Numbered from the stretch's first letter, positions 9,468-19,255 are shown. The stretch is DNA of 32,000 nt from Escherichia coli (GCF_048320145.1 NZ_CP182912.1); one strand, 5' to 3'. Notes: a model not told the origin generated them from the letters alone. Program-made: numbers and translations.

Positions 9468-10709
9468 TTATTTCGCATTAATATCCAGCAGACCCGCTGC
9501 AACCGCTGGAGCCATGCCGGGCGCTAACGGGATACGCGGGATCACCAGGCAATGCAGCAGGTGATAAATATCCTGTTTGCCGTCCCAGACTTTGGTGGTG
9601 ACCTTATTGTCCGCATCCAGCTCCTGCCACCAGGAACCATTTTCATAGTCCATCAGGTACTTAATGCAGTACTCCCACCATGTTTGATACCAGGTTTCAT
9701 ACTGGCGATCGCCAGTGACGGTGTAGAGCGCGTAGGCCGTACCCATTGCTTCGACGATAGGCCAACGTACACGTTCGCGGACCACCGGTTTTCCTTCCCA
9801 GTCAACGGTATAAACAATCCCGTCCGCGCCATCGGGTGCCCAGGCATCGCGCACGGTGGCGTTAAACAGACCTTTGGCATCTTCTAGCAGCCATGCTGGT
9901 GGTTGTTCGCAACGGGCTTCCAGGGCAGCATGGATGTGCAGCATTAAACGGCCCCATTCGATCCAGTGGCCTGGTGTACCTCCAAACGCGCGGAAGCGAT
10001 GCGCCGGGTTATCTTTGTTGTAATCCGGCAGCGGATTCCACTGGGTATCGAAGTGTTCGTTAACGCGATAATGATTATTTCTGGCGACGTCGTGGATAAT
10101 CACGGAAGCCACGCGAATCGCGCGATCCAGCCATTTTTTGTCGTGAGTGACGTCATAAACAATCAAGAAAGCTTCCACCGCGTGCATATTGGCATTGCCG
10201 CCGCGGTACTCTTCGGTTTTGCTGAAGGCTTCGTCCCAGGATTCCAGGCACATCTGCTCTTCTTCGCTCCAGAAATATTTCTCGATAATTTCAATGGTGT
10301 AATCGAGCAGCTTGCGCGCTTCCGGGTGACCCGTTGTGACGGCGCTGGCGGCACCCAGCAGAGCAAAGAAGTGTTGATAGCCCTGTTTGGAGGCATCCAC
10401 CACGCCCTCGTCATTCACGCAGGCATACCAGCCGCCATATTTTTTATCACGCAGTGCGCCGTTCATGGCTTTGATACCGTGATCAACCAACGAGTAAGCG
10501 CCAGGTCGACCCATCGCCGCAGCAACGGAATAAACGTGCAACATACGAGCGGTGATCCACAGATGGGTGCCCATCTCTTCTTTGATTTGCCCTTTATTGC
10601 CTAACCAGCCAAAACCAGTCGGCACTACGGAATTTTTACCAAAATCAAAGATGCGGTCGGTTTCCTGTTCCAGCCAACGGTTGTGGCTTAGGGTGTTAAA
10701 CCATTTCAT
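9468..10709 (-). CDS. yihS: Sulfoquinovose isomerase (AGE superfamily)
   Basis: 413-aa form starting [24 protein letters not shown]; N-acylglucosamine 2-epimerase-like motifs; ORF track start at 10724 is 5 codons longer. Confidence 0.9.
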   Translation of the reverse strand: MKWFNTLSHNRWLEQETDRIFDFGKNSVVPTGFGWLGNKGQIKEEMGTHLWITARMLHVYSVAAAMGRPGAYSLVDHGIKAMNGALRDKKYGGWYACVNDEGVVDASKQGYQHFFALLGAASAVTTGHPEARKLLDYTIEIIEKYFWSEEEQMCLESWDEAFSKTEEYRGGNANMHAVEAFLIVYDVTHDKKWLDRAIRVASVIIHDVARNNHYRVNEHFDTQWNPLPDYNKDNPAHRFRAFGGTPGHWIEWGRLMLHIHAALEARCEQPPAWLLEDAKGLFNATVRDAWAPDGADGIVYTVDWEGKPVVRERVRWPIVEAMGTAYALYTVTGDRQYETWYQTWWEYCIKYLMDYENGSWWQELDADNKVTTKVWDGKQDIYHLLHCLVIPRIPLAPGMAPAVAAGLLDINAK

Positions 10710-10725
10710 TCCTTTTATCCTCATC

Positions 10726-11604
10726 TTAGCGGCGTTTAGCCATCATTTCGTCGACGATATCGCCAAGTTGTTGTAATTTCGGTGCGCAAACGTCACGCAG
10801 CATCAGCTCGTTGTCTGGTAAACCGACGACCGATGCCCAGACTGCACGGCCTGCCAGGAATCCCGATGCGCCCGCCGTCATTGCCACGCGTACGGCACGC
10901 GGGAACAGTTTTTCGTCGACACCGGAAGAGAGGATCACCCATGGCATATTGATATGGTCATTCAGACGTTGTGAAGCACAGAGAAGCTCTTGTTGCGGAC
11001 CTTTGCCATAAAGCGGCATTTCAACTTTGTAGAGGTCAGCGCCACTGTCGCCCAGCTCTTTGGCGGCATCGATGATCGCTTGTTCGCGATCGAATTTATC
11101 GCCACGACGCGGTGGGCGGACGACTGGCTCAATGATGCTTACCAGACCGTGTGAGTGGCACAGTTCGTTGAACTCTTTCACCATATCCAGACGTTGCTGC
11201 GCATCTTCATCACTACGCCACAGCACCAGCAGTTTTAAGGCTTTGCCACCGTCTTGTTTGATCTGTAGCGGATTGATTTTGCGGTCAATAACCACGCTAT
11301 CGACCGGAATACCGTTGCCAGGAATGAACTCATCGGCGGCGACAATCATGGCGCAACTTTTGGCAATCGCGTTTTGCTCAACCACCTGGCGGTAGCAGAA
11401 TTGTTGATCTACCAGAATCGCCGAGGCATAAGGCGAGAGGGCCTTTGCAGCGTTAACTTTGAAATCAGTTAAAACGCTATCGGCTACCGGAGCGGGTGCC
11501 CCAGCCGCGGCAAACATCATGCGCATGGCTTCGCGCTGATCGACCGCCAGCATGGCAAAACCGCCCGATGCGCGCGTAATGTCGTTGATGGTGTACTTAT
11601 TCAT
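10726..11604 (-). CDS. yihT: 6-deoxy-6-sulfofructose-1-phosphate aldolase
   Basis: 292-aa ORF; class I aldolase segment [12 protein letters not shown]; cluster context. Confidence 0.9.
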   Translation of the reverse strand: MNKYTINDITRASGGFAMLAVDQREAMRMMFAAAGAPAPVADSVLTDFKVNAAKALSPYASAILVDQQFCYRQVVEQNAIAKSCAMIVAADEFIPGNGIPVDSVVIDRKINPLQIKQDGGKALKLLVLWRSDEDAQQRLDMVKEFNELCHSHGLVSIIEPVVRPPRRGDKFDREQAIIDAAKELGDSGADLYKVEMPLYGKGPQQELLCASQRLNDHINMPWVILSSGVDEKLFPRAVRVAMTAGASGFLAGRAVWASVVGLPDNELMLRDVCAPKLQQLGDIVDEMMAKRR

Positions 11605-11627
11605 TCATTTATTCCTTTATCCAGTCG

Positions 11628-12524
11628 TTACATTTTTACTTTGGCAGTCATCCCGGCACTGACACGGACCTGTTCCAGAATGGCGGACCAGTCCTGGCGA
11701 CCGCGACCCGCTGCGCGCGCCTGGCTATAAACCTCCCGTGAGGCGGCCCCCAGCGGCATTGGCACATGCAGCTGGTTGGCGACATCAAGGGCGATGCCAA
11801 GATCCTTATGGGCAAGATCGATCATGAAGGCGGGAGAAAGATCTCCGCTGAGGACTTTGTTTGGCCAGGAAGTGGTGAAGTGACCTTTACCGGCGGCGGT
11901 ACCGCTCATCACTTTGACGGCAACATCGAAGGGAAGATTCAGGGCTTCGCACAAAACGGCGGCTTCTGCCGAAAGCGCATTGAGCGCGATGCTCATGTAG
12001 TTGTTGATGAGCTTAACGCGGATCCCCATGCCCGGACCGCCAGAGTTGATCAACTCACTGCCCATCGCCATCAGGATCGGTGTGGCACGTTCAACTTGTT
12101 CAGCGGTGCCGCCAGCCAGCAGTAACAGAGTACCGGTAATGGCATTTGCAGAAGTACGGCCTACCGGAACATCCATCATGCTGAAGCCTTTGGCTTGCAT
12201 ATCGGCAATCAATTTATCGGTTTGCAGCGGATGGATGGTGGACATATCAATGACCAGCGCATCGGTAGATAAGCCTTCGCAAACGCCGTTTTCACCGAAC
12301 AACACGTTGCGCACCAGATCGCCATTCGGCAACATGGTAATGATAAATTCGGCATCTTTAGCGGCCTGCGCCGGGTTGGCGGCGGGAGTCGCACCTTTGT
12401 CTACCAGATGCCGCACAGCTTCGGCGTTCACATCAAAGACGCGAAGTTGATGCCCTTGCTGCAATAAATTGCTCGCCATTGGCGAACCCATTTGTCCTAA
12501 ACCGATAAACGCGATTGCTGCCAT
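11628..12524 (-). CDS. yihU: 3-sulfolactaldehyde reductase (beta-hydroxyacid dehydrogenase family)
   Basis: 298-aa ORF; N-terminal [15 protein letters not shown] nucleotide-binding motif and the [13 protein letters not shown] active-site region. Confidence 0.92.
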   Translation of the reverse strand: MAAIAFIGLGQMGSPMASNLLQQGHQLRVFDVNAEAVRHLVDKGATPAANPAQAAKDAEFIITMLPNGDLVRNVLFGENGVCEGLSTDALVIDMSTIHPLQTDKLIADMQAKGFSMMDVPVGRTSANAITGTLLLLAGGTAEQVERATPILMAMGSELINSGGPGMGIRVKLINNYMSIALNALSAEAAVLCEALNLPFDVAVKVMSGTAAGKGHFTTSWPNKVLSGDLSPAFMIDLAHKDLGIALDVANQLHVPMPLGAASREVYSQARAAGRGRQDWSAILEQVRVSAGMTAKVKM

Positions 12525-12539
12525 AACCCTCTCCTGAAT

Positions 12540-12645
12540 ACAGTGATGTCACTTTTTGTCATTTATGACATGCTTTGCTTGTCTGTTTTTGATCGTATTT
12601 GTAATTTATCGTCAAAAAATTGACAGCCGTCACTTTTTAAACAAT
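12540..12645. promoter_or_regulatory. Divergent yihU / yihV control region with repeated GTCA half-sites (candidate CsqR operators)
   Basis: GTCACTTTTT at 12548-12557 and 12629-12638; GTCATTTATGAC at 12558-12569; GTCAAAAAATTGAC at 12611-12624. Confidence 0.5.
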
Positions 12646-12691
12646 TGGTGAAATTAAAATGAACGCATCCCAAAATGTTTAAGGAATGACC

Positions 12692-13588
12692 ATGATTCGT
12701 GTTGCTTGTGTAGGTATAACCGTGATGGATCGCATCTATTACGTGGAAGGGTTACCGACGGAGAGCGGTAAATACGTGGCGAGAAATTATACGGAAGTTG
12801 GTGGCGGGCCAGCGGCGACGGCAGCGGTTGCGGCGGCAAGGCTGGGGGCGCAGGTCGATTTTATTGGTCGCGTAGGTGATGACGACACGGGCAACAGCCT
12901 GCTGGCAGAGCTGGAATCCTGGGGCGTTAACACCCGTTACACCAAACGGTATAACCAGGCGAAATCTTCGCAATCCGCCATCATGGTGGATACCAAAGGC
13001 GAGCGGATAATCATTAACTACCCCAGCCCGGATCTGCTGCCTGACGCAGAGTGGTTGGAGGAAATTGATTTCTCTCAGTGGGATGTTGTGCTGGCAGATG
13101 TACGCTGGCACGACGGCGCTAAAAAAGCCTTCATCCTGGCCCGTCAGGCGGGTGTGATGACCGTTCTGGACGGGGACATTACGCCGCAGGATATCAGTGA
13201 GCTGGTGGCATTAAGCGATCACGCGGCCTTTTCAGAACCGGGTCTGGCGCGCTTAACGGGCGTGAAAGAGATGGCCAGTGCGCTAAAACAGGTACAAACG
13301 CTCACAAATGGTCATGTCTATGTGACCCAGGGTAGCGCAGGCTGCGACTGGCTGGAAAATGGTGGGCGTCAGCATCAACCGGCCTTCAAAGTTGATGTGG
13401 TAGATACCACAGGTGCGGGTGATGTTTTTCACGGCGCTTTGGCGGTGGCGCTGGCAACAAGTGGGGATTTAGCGGAGTCAGTCCGCTTCGCCAGCGGTGT
13501 AGCGGCGTTAAAATGCACACGTCCCGGTGGACGAGCCGGGATCCCTGACTGTGATCAAACCCGATCTTTTTTGTCACTTTTTGTATAA
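12692..13588 (+). CDS. yihV: 6-deoxy-6-sulfofructose kinase (PfkB/ribokinase family)
   Basis: PfkB signature VDTTGAGDVFHGALAVALA; 298-aa form starting MIRVACVGITVMD; ORF track start at 12686 is 2 codons longer. Confidence 0.92.
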   Translation: MIRVACVGITVMDRIYYVEGLPTESGKYVARNYTEVGGGPAATAAVAAARLGAQVDFIGRVGDDDTGNSLLAELESWGVNTRYTKRYNQAKSSQSAIMVDTKGERIIINYPSPDLLPDAEWLEEIDFSQWDVVLADVRWHDGAKKAFILARQAGVMTVLDGDITPQDISELVALSDHAAFSEPGLARLTGVKEMASALKQVQTLTNGHVYVTQGSAGCDWLENGGRQHQPAFKVDVVDTTGAGDVFHGALAVALATSGDLAESVRFASGVAALKCTRPGGRAGIPDCDQTRSFLSLFV

Positions 13589-13621
13589 AATGCCAGGGTG
13601 ATGGTTTTTCGAGGAATTTTC

Positions 13622-14407
13622 ATGAGCCTTACCGAACTAACCGGTAACCCGCGGCACGACCAACTCCTCATGCTGATCGCCGAGCGTGGGTATATGAATA
13701 TTGATGAGCTGGCAAATCTGCTGGATGTCTCCACGCAGACGGTCCGCCGGGATATTCGTAAATTAAGCGAGCAAGGCCTGATTACGCGCCATCACGGTGG
13801 CGCGGGTCGGGCTTCCAGCGTCGTTAATACGGCGTTCGAGCAGCGTGAGGTTTCGCAAACCGAGGAAAAAAAAGCGATTGCCGAAGTGGTGGCAGACTAT
13901 ATTCCTGATGGTTCAACAATATTTATCACCATTGGTACGACTGTTGAGCATGTTGCCCGGGCGTTACTTAACCATAATCATTTGCGGATAATCACCAACA
14001 GCCTGCGTGTGGCGCATATTCTTTACCACAACCCGCGCTTTGAAGTGATGGTGCCCGGCGGTACGTTGCGCTCTCATAATAGCGGGATCATTGGCCCTTC
14101 AGCGGCGTCCTTTGTGGCTGATTTTCGTGCTGATTATCTGGTAACAAGCGTTGGGGCGATTGAGAGCGATGGCGCGTTGATGGAGTTTGATGTAAACGAA
14201 GCTAACGTGGTGAAAACGATGATGGCGCACGCGAGAAATATTCTGCTGGTCGCCGATCACACTAAGTATCATGCTTCGGCGGCGGTTGAAATTGGTAACG
14301 TGGCACAGGTCACTGCGCTCTTTACCGACGAGCTGCCGCCCGCTGCGCTAAAATCACGCTTACAAGACAGCCAAATTGAAATCATTCTTCCCCAGGAAGA
14401 CGCGTAG
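13622..14407 (+). CDS. yihW: DeoR-family transcriptional regulator of the sulfoquinovose cluster (CsqR/YihW)
   Basis: DeoR HTH ERGYMNIDELANLLDVSTQTVRRDIRKL followed by HHGGA; effector domain IGTTVEHVARAL; ORF track start at 13598 is 8 codons longer. Confidence 0.9.
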   Translation: MSLTELTGNPRHDQLLMLIAERGYMNIDELANLLDVSTQTVRRDIRKLSEQGLITRHHGGAGRASSVVNTAFEQREVSQTEEKKAIAEVVADYIPDGSTIFITIGTTVEHVARALLNHNHLRIITNSLRVAHILYHNPRFEVMVPGGTLRSHNSGIIGPSAASFVADFRADYLVTSVGAIESDGALMEFDVNEANVVKTMMAHARNILLVADHTKYHASAAVEIGNVAQVTALFTDELPPAALKSRLQDSQIEIILPQEDA

Positions 14408-14505
14408 ATTTTTGTGACCGTTAACCTGGCTTCATACCTTGCCACATAGCCAAACCCATCCTTTCCCGCTACAGTTAATTTCTTGTGGCGCGAAAGGAGG
14501 CAAAA

Positions 14506-15105
14506 ATGCTCTATATCTTTGATTTAGGTAATGTGATTGTCGATATCGACTTTAACCGTGTGCTGGGAGCCTGGAGCGATTTAACGCGTATTCCGCTGGC
14601 ATCGCTTAAGAAGAGTTTTCATATGGGGGAGGCGTTTCATCAGCATGAGCGTGGGGAAATTAGCGACGAAGCGTTCGCAGAGGCGCTGTGTCATGAGATG
14701 GCTCTACCGCTAAGCTACGAGCAGTTCTCTCACGGCTGGCAGGCGGTGTTTGTGGCGCTGCGCCCGGAAGTGATCGCCATCATGCATAAACTGCGTGAGC
14801 AGGGGCATCGCGTGGTGGTGCTTTCCAATACCAACCGCCTGCATACCACCTTCTGGCCGGAAGAATACCCGGAAATTCGTGATGCTGCTGACCATATCTA
14901 TCTGTCGCAAGATCTGGGGATGCGCAAACCTGAAGCACGAATTTACCAGCATGTTTTGCAGGCGGAAGGTTTTTCACCCAGCGATACGGTCTTTTTCGAC
15001 GATAACGCCGATAATATAGAAGGAGCCAATCAGCTGGGCATTACCAGTATTCTGGTGAAAGATAAAACCACCATCCCGGACTATTTCGCGAAGGTGTTAT
15101 GCTAA
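14506..15105 (+). CDS. yihX: HAD-superfamily phosphatase (alpha-D-glucose-1-phosphate phosphatase YihX)
   Basis: [18 protein letters not shown] motif I; start preceded by AAAGGAGG; ORF track uses an upstream GTG at 14485. Confidence 0.9.
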
Positions 15106-15971
15106 AAACCATTCAGGACAAAGCCAGGCACCGTACCCGTCCACTATGGGCCTGGCTAAAACTACTCTGGCAACGCATTGATGAGGACAACATGACAACC
15201 CTGGCAGGTAACCTTGCCTATGTGTCGTTGCTCTCATTAGTGCCGCTGGTTGCCGTTGTTTTTGCGCTTTTCGCCGCTTTTCCCATGTTTTCCGACGTCA
15301 GCATTCAGTTACGTCACTTTATTTTTGCCAACTTTCTGCCTGCTACTGGCGATGTTATTCAGCGGTATATCGAACAATTTGTTGCCAATTCCAACAAGAT
15401 GACCGCCGTTGGGGCGTGCGGGCTGATCGTCACCGCGTTATTGCTGATGTACTCCATCGATAGCGCGTTGAATACCATCTGGCGCAGTAAACGAGCGCGA
15501 CCAAAAATTTACTCGTTCGCCGTGTACTGGATGATTTTAACGCTGGGGCCGCTGCTGGCAGGGGCCAGTCTGGCGATCAGTTCCTATTTGCTCTCCCTGC
15601 GCTGGGCGAGCGATCTCAATACTGTCATCGATAACGTGCTGCGTATTTTTCCGCTGCTGTTGTCGTGGATCTCCTTCTGGTTGCTGTACAGCATTGTTCC
15701 TACCATCCGCGTACCTAACCGCGACGCGATTGTCGGCGCGTTTGTCGCCGCGCTCCTGTTCGAAGCAGGAAAGAAAGGTTTCGCGCTTTATATCACCATG
15801 TTTCCGTCATATCAGCTCATTTACGGCGTGTTGGCGGTGATCCCCATTCTCTTTGTTTGGGTCTACTGGACATGGTGTATCGTCTTGCTTGGCGCGGAAA
15901 TTACTGTCACTCTCGGGGAATACCGCAAACTAAAACAAGCAGCTGAACAAGAAGAAGACGACGAACCATGA
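15099..15971 (+). CDS. yihY: YihY/BrkB-family inner membrane protein
   Basis: 290-aa multi-spanning hydrophobic protein; overlaps the yihX end by 7 nt. Confidence 0.88.
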
Positions 15972-16405
15972 TTGCATTAATTCAACGCGTAACCCGTGCC
16001 AGCGTCACCGTGGAGGGAGAAGTGACGGGCGAAATTGGCGCGGGACTTTTGGTGTTATTGGGTGTCGAAAAGGATGACGACGAACAGAAAGCAAACCGTC
16101 TGTGCGAGCGTGTGCTCGGCTACCGCATCTTTAGCGATGCCGAAGGCAAGATGAACCTCAACGTGCAACAGGCGGGCGGCAGTGTGCTGGTGGTTTCCCA
16201 GTTTACCCTCGCCGCAGATACCGAACGGGGGATGCGCCCAAGTTTCTCCAAAGGTGCATCACCGGATCGCGCAGAGGCGTTATATGACTATTTCGTCGAA
16301 CGCTGCCGTCAGCAAGAGATGAACACGCAAACAGGACGCTTCGCTGCGGATATGCAGGTATCGCTGGTCAATGATGGCCCCGTGACATTCTGGTTGCAGG
16401 TATGA
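15968..16405 (+). CDS. dtd: D-aminoacyl-tRNA deacylase
   Basis: [34 protein letters not shown] and [10 protein letters not shown] motifs; ATGA overlap with yihY. Confidence 0.95.
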
Positions 16406-17391
16406 GCCAGCTTCCAGGGTTGTCACGGGAAACAAGAGAGAGTATCGCTATGTATCACCTTCGGGTTCCACAAACAGAAGAAGAATTAGAGCGTTACTAT
16501 CAGTTTCGCTGGGAAATGTTGCGTAAGCCCCTGCATCAACCAAAAGGTTCGGAACGCGACGCGTGGGATGCGATGGCGCATCACCAGATGGTCGTCGACG
16601 AGCAGGGTAATCTGGTGGCGGTAGGCCGATTGTATATTAATGCCGACAATGAAGCGTCCATTCGCTTTATGGCCGTTCACCCGGACGTGCAGGACAAAGG
16701 GTTAGGCACGCTGATGGCGATGACCCTGGAGTCGGTGGCGCGTCAGGAAGGCGTAAAGCGCGTGACCTGTAGCGCCCGTGAAGACGCGGTGGAGTTTTTC
16801 GCCAAGCTGGGATTCATTAATCAGGGGGAGATCACCACCCCAACTACCACGCCGATTCGCCATTTTTTGATGATTAAACCCGTTGCCACTCTGGATGATA
16901 TTTTGCATCGCGGCGACTGGTGCGCGCAGCTGCAACAGGCGTGGTACGAACATATCCCGCTTAGTGAAAAAATGGGCGTGCGTATTCAACAATATACCGG
17001 GCAAAAATTTATCACCACCATGCCGGAAACCGGTAATCAGAATCCGCACCATACGCTGTTTGCCGGGAGTTTATTCTCACTGGCAACGCTCACCGGTTGG
17101 GGGCTTATCTGGCTGATGCTGCGCGAACGCCATCTCGGCGGAACGATTATTCTGGCGGATGCGCATATCCGCTACAGCAAGCCGATTAGCGGTAAACCTC
17201 ATGCGGTAGCCGACCTTGGTGCCTTAAGCGGCGATCTCGACCGTCTGGCGCGCGGACGAAAAGCACGGGTGCAGATGCAAGTTGAAATCTTTGGCGACGA
17301 GACGCCGGGTGCAGTGTTTGAAGGCACGTATATCGTTCTGCCCGCGAAGCCATTTGGCCCGTATGAAGAGGGCGGGAACGAAGAAGAGTAG
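16402..17391 (+). CDS. fabY: YiiD/FabY: GNAT acetyltransferase domain fused to a hotdog/thioesterase-like domain; putative fatty acid biosynthesis role
   Basis: 329-aa ORF; N-terminal GNAT pattern [20 protein letters not shown]-terminal [21 protein letters not shown] region; 4-nt overlap with dtd. Confidence 0.88.
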
Positions 17392-17805
17392 CTGATGGAG
17401 AGGGGCGGTGCTGCCTCTCTTACTCATTCCGGTCATTTACATCAGCCCCTGACTATTCCGGTTATATTGAATAAGAACTCTATAAATTTTTATTCTTCGT
17501 TGGCTCCATACGTGTCTTGCTACATCACTGTTCAGGAGCATTTAAATATTATTTGTAGAGCTGAGTGGCAATTATCGCAGATAATGCTTAACTCATCATC
17601 TTAGTTCAGGTTTGAGCGATTTTTGATAGTCAAAACCCCCTCTGGTGCCATACTTTTCTCATAAATATTTTTAAAATCTATAGCTAACAAATATTATGCA
17701 AAGATAATGGACTAGCATCATTGTCAGTATCATTCATTTACTGCTCTGTATGTTATGAATAATTATGTTGTATGTTTGCTCTTAAACCGTGGGAAGGAGG
17801 CTATA

Positions 17806-17913
17806 ATGGTTGCCAATATTAATCTCATTAAACAAGAAAGTTATTCTGTTGTTAATTTAGAAAAACAACTTTCCCGAACTGTTACCAACAAAATTATAAC
17901 GATGAGCAAGTAA
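17806..17913 (+). CDS. Candidate small protein or leader peptide, 35 aa: MVANINLIKQESYSVVNLEKQLSRTVTNKIITMSK
   Basis: ATG at 17806 preceded by an extended Shine-Dalgarno GGAAGGAGG (17792-17800) at 5-nt spacing; TAA at 17911-17913, then an inverted repeat; absent from the ORF track (below its length cutoff). Confidence 0.5.
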   Translation: MVANINLIKQESYSVVNLEKQLSRTVTNKIITMSK

Positions 17914-17943
17914 AGACCGGTTGGTGGCAGTACTGACCGGTCT
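17914..17943. other. Inverted repeat immediately downstream of the candidate small ORF
   Basis: agaccggt (17914-17921) and accggtct (17936-17943), perfect 8-bp stem, 14-nt loop, no following T tract. Confidence 0.5.
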
Positions 17944-18107
17944 GTGATGAAAGATTAATTTCACCTTAAATCCTGGTGCTGTTAGGATGCTGACGTTTTT
18001 CGGCTACACCATTCAGATTATGCAAATAAATATCTCTGAATATAATATATTCATAGCACCCATAATTCATCCTGGGCGATAACTAAACCATTTTTGAGTA
18101 ATAAATG

Positions 18108-18203
18108 AAACAACTGCAACACTCTTATTATTTCTGGAAAACGCCTCGCAAAAACAAAACAACATGCAAAAATCCGCTTTTTTTAAATGATTTTCCGGCG
18201 TAA
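18108..18203 (+). repeat. Imperfect direct repeat copy A, upstream of yiiE
   Basis: aactgcaac...22 nt...ctggaaaacgcctcgcaaaaa (18134-18154) and the following AT-rich stretch align with the yiiF upstream region. Confidence 0.75.
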
Positions 18204-18247
18204 TTTTCGCACATACATTAATGAGTAATATAGGTAAGGTGGTGGTA

Positions 18248-18466
18248 ATGGCGATGAATACGGTTTTTCTTCATTTATCAGAAGAGGCAATTAAACGGCT
18301 GAACAAGCTTCGGGGCTGGCGTAAGGTTTCACGATCTGCAATTTTACGCGAAGCGGTAGAGCAATATCTGGAACGTCAGCAATTCCCGGTGCGTAAAGCA
18401 AAGGGAGGCAGGCAAAAGGGGGAGGTAGTTGGTGTTGATGATCAGTGTAAGGAGCATAAGGAATGA
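18248..18466 (+). CDS. yiiE: CopG/ribbon-helix-helix-like small DNA-binding protein YiiE
   Basis: MAMNTVFLHLSEEAIKRLNKLRGWRKVSRSAILREAVEQYLERQ is typical RHH; ORF track start at 18221 is 9 codons longer. Confidence 0.85.
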   Translation: MAMNTVFLHLSEEAIKRLNKLRGWRKVSRSAILREAVEQYLERQQFPVRKAKGGRQKGEVVGVDDQCKEHKE

Positions 18467-18545
18467 CAAAAATTTTTCATTCTTGAATATAAAAAACAGA
18501 TGCCCTTATTCTGGTATTAATACAAGGCTGTTTTACTTGAACTTA

Positions 18546-18634
18546 TAATAACTGCAACTGTTACATCATATCTGGAAAACGCCTCGCAAAAATAAAAAAT
18601 GATGCGTAAATGAGCTTTCTTTAAAGATTCGGCA
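18546..18634 (+). repeat. Imperfect direct repeat copy B, upstream of yiiF
   Basis: aactgcaac at 18550-18558 and ctggaaaacgcctcgcaaaaa at 18572-18592, same 22-nt spacing as copy A. Confidence 0.75.
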
Positions 18635-18683
18635 AGGGTACTTTTCTCTCCATAGATTCAAAAATGATATTGGCGAGATATTT

Positions 18684-18926
18684 ATGAACTCTCTGGCAGG
18701 TATAGATATGGGCAGAATTTTACTCGATTTATCGAATGAGGTGATTAAGCAACTTGATGATCTCGAGGTGCAGCGTAATCTTCCTCGTGCGGACCTATTA
18801 AGGGAAGCGGTAGATCAATACCTGATAAATCAATCGCAAACAGCAAGAACCAGTGTTCCTGGCATCTGGCAAGGGTGTGAGGAAGATGGTGTCGAATATC
18901 AGCGTAAGCTGCGCGAGGAATGGTAA
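18684..18926 (+). CDS. yiiF: CopG/ribbon-helix-helix-like protein YiiF
   Basis: [42 protein letters not shown]-like core, paralogous to YiiE; an alternative start is 18708 (MGRILLDL). Confidence 0.83.
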
Positions 18927-18976
18927 TGGGAAAAAATGATGTCAATCAGATTGCTGACAACGTGCGCGTTGTTCAT

Positions 18977-19076
18977 GCCGGATGCGGCGTGAACGCCTTA
19001 TCCGGCCTACAAAGTCGTATAAATTCAATGTATTGCAGTTTATTGGTAGGCCTGATAAGCGCAGCGCATCAGGCAA
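18977..19076. repeat. REP/BIME-type element with two units (18977-19010 and 19046-19076)
   Basis: gccggatgcggcgtgaacgccttatccggcctac and gtaggcctgataagcgcagcgcatcaggcaa in opposite orientation. Confidence 0.9.
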
Positions 19077-19220
19077 TCTTACGCTTGTCATCAGTCTCAT
19101 GCCCATAACCTTATTGATGTGGTGGTGGGTAAATTGAGGCCAAACCGGCACTGGCGGCATAGCTTGAGGTGGTAACGCGGAATACGAGAGATGGTGTCGT
19201 CACACCCTATGAGCTGTAAT

Positions 19221-19242
19221 CCGGGCGACCTGCGCCACCCGG
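19221..19242 (-). terminator. Possible terminator hairpin just downstream of fdhE
   Basis: ccgggcg-acctgcgc-cacccgg stem (one G:T wobble) within 15 nt of the fdhE stop; no clear U tract. Confidence 0.4.
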
Positions 19243-19255
19243 AAAACGTCAGAGA

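Noticed and set aside
9966-10604. Antisense ORF (212 aa) opposite yihS
   Set aside because: Shadow ORF of a conserved sulfoquinovose isomerase gene; no domain signature.
17806-18926. Complete toxin-antitoxin module around yiiE/yiiF and the small ORF
   Set aside because: The RHH proteins resemble antitoxins, but no adjacent ORF resembles a RelE/ParE, MazF or VapC toxin, and the 35-aa peptide lacks the hydrophobic helix typical of type I toxins.
18977-19076. CRISPR-like repetition
   Set aside because: Only two related units in opposite orientation with REP consensus; no regular repeat-spacer periodicity and no cas genes.
18942-19160. 72-aa minus-strand ORF between yiiF and fdhE
   Set aside because: It overlaps the BIME palindromes and has no homology-like features; REP sequences often create short spurious ORFs.
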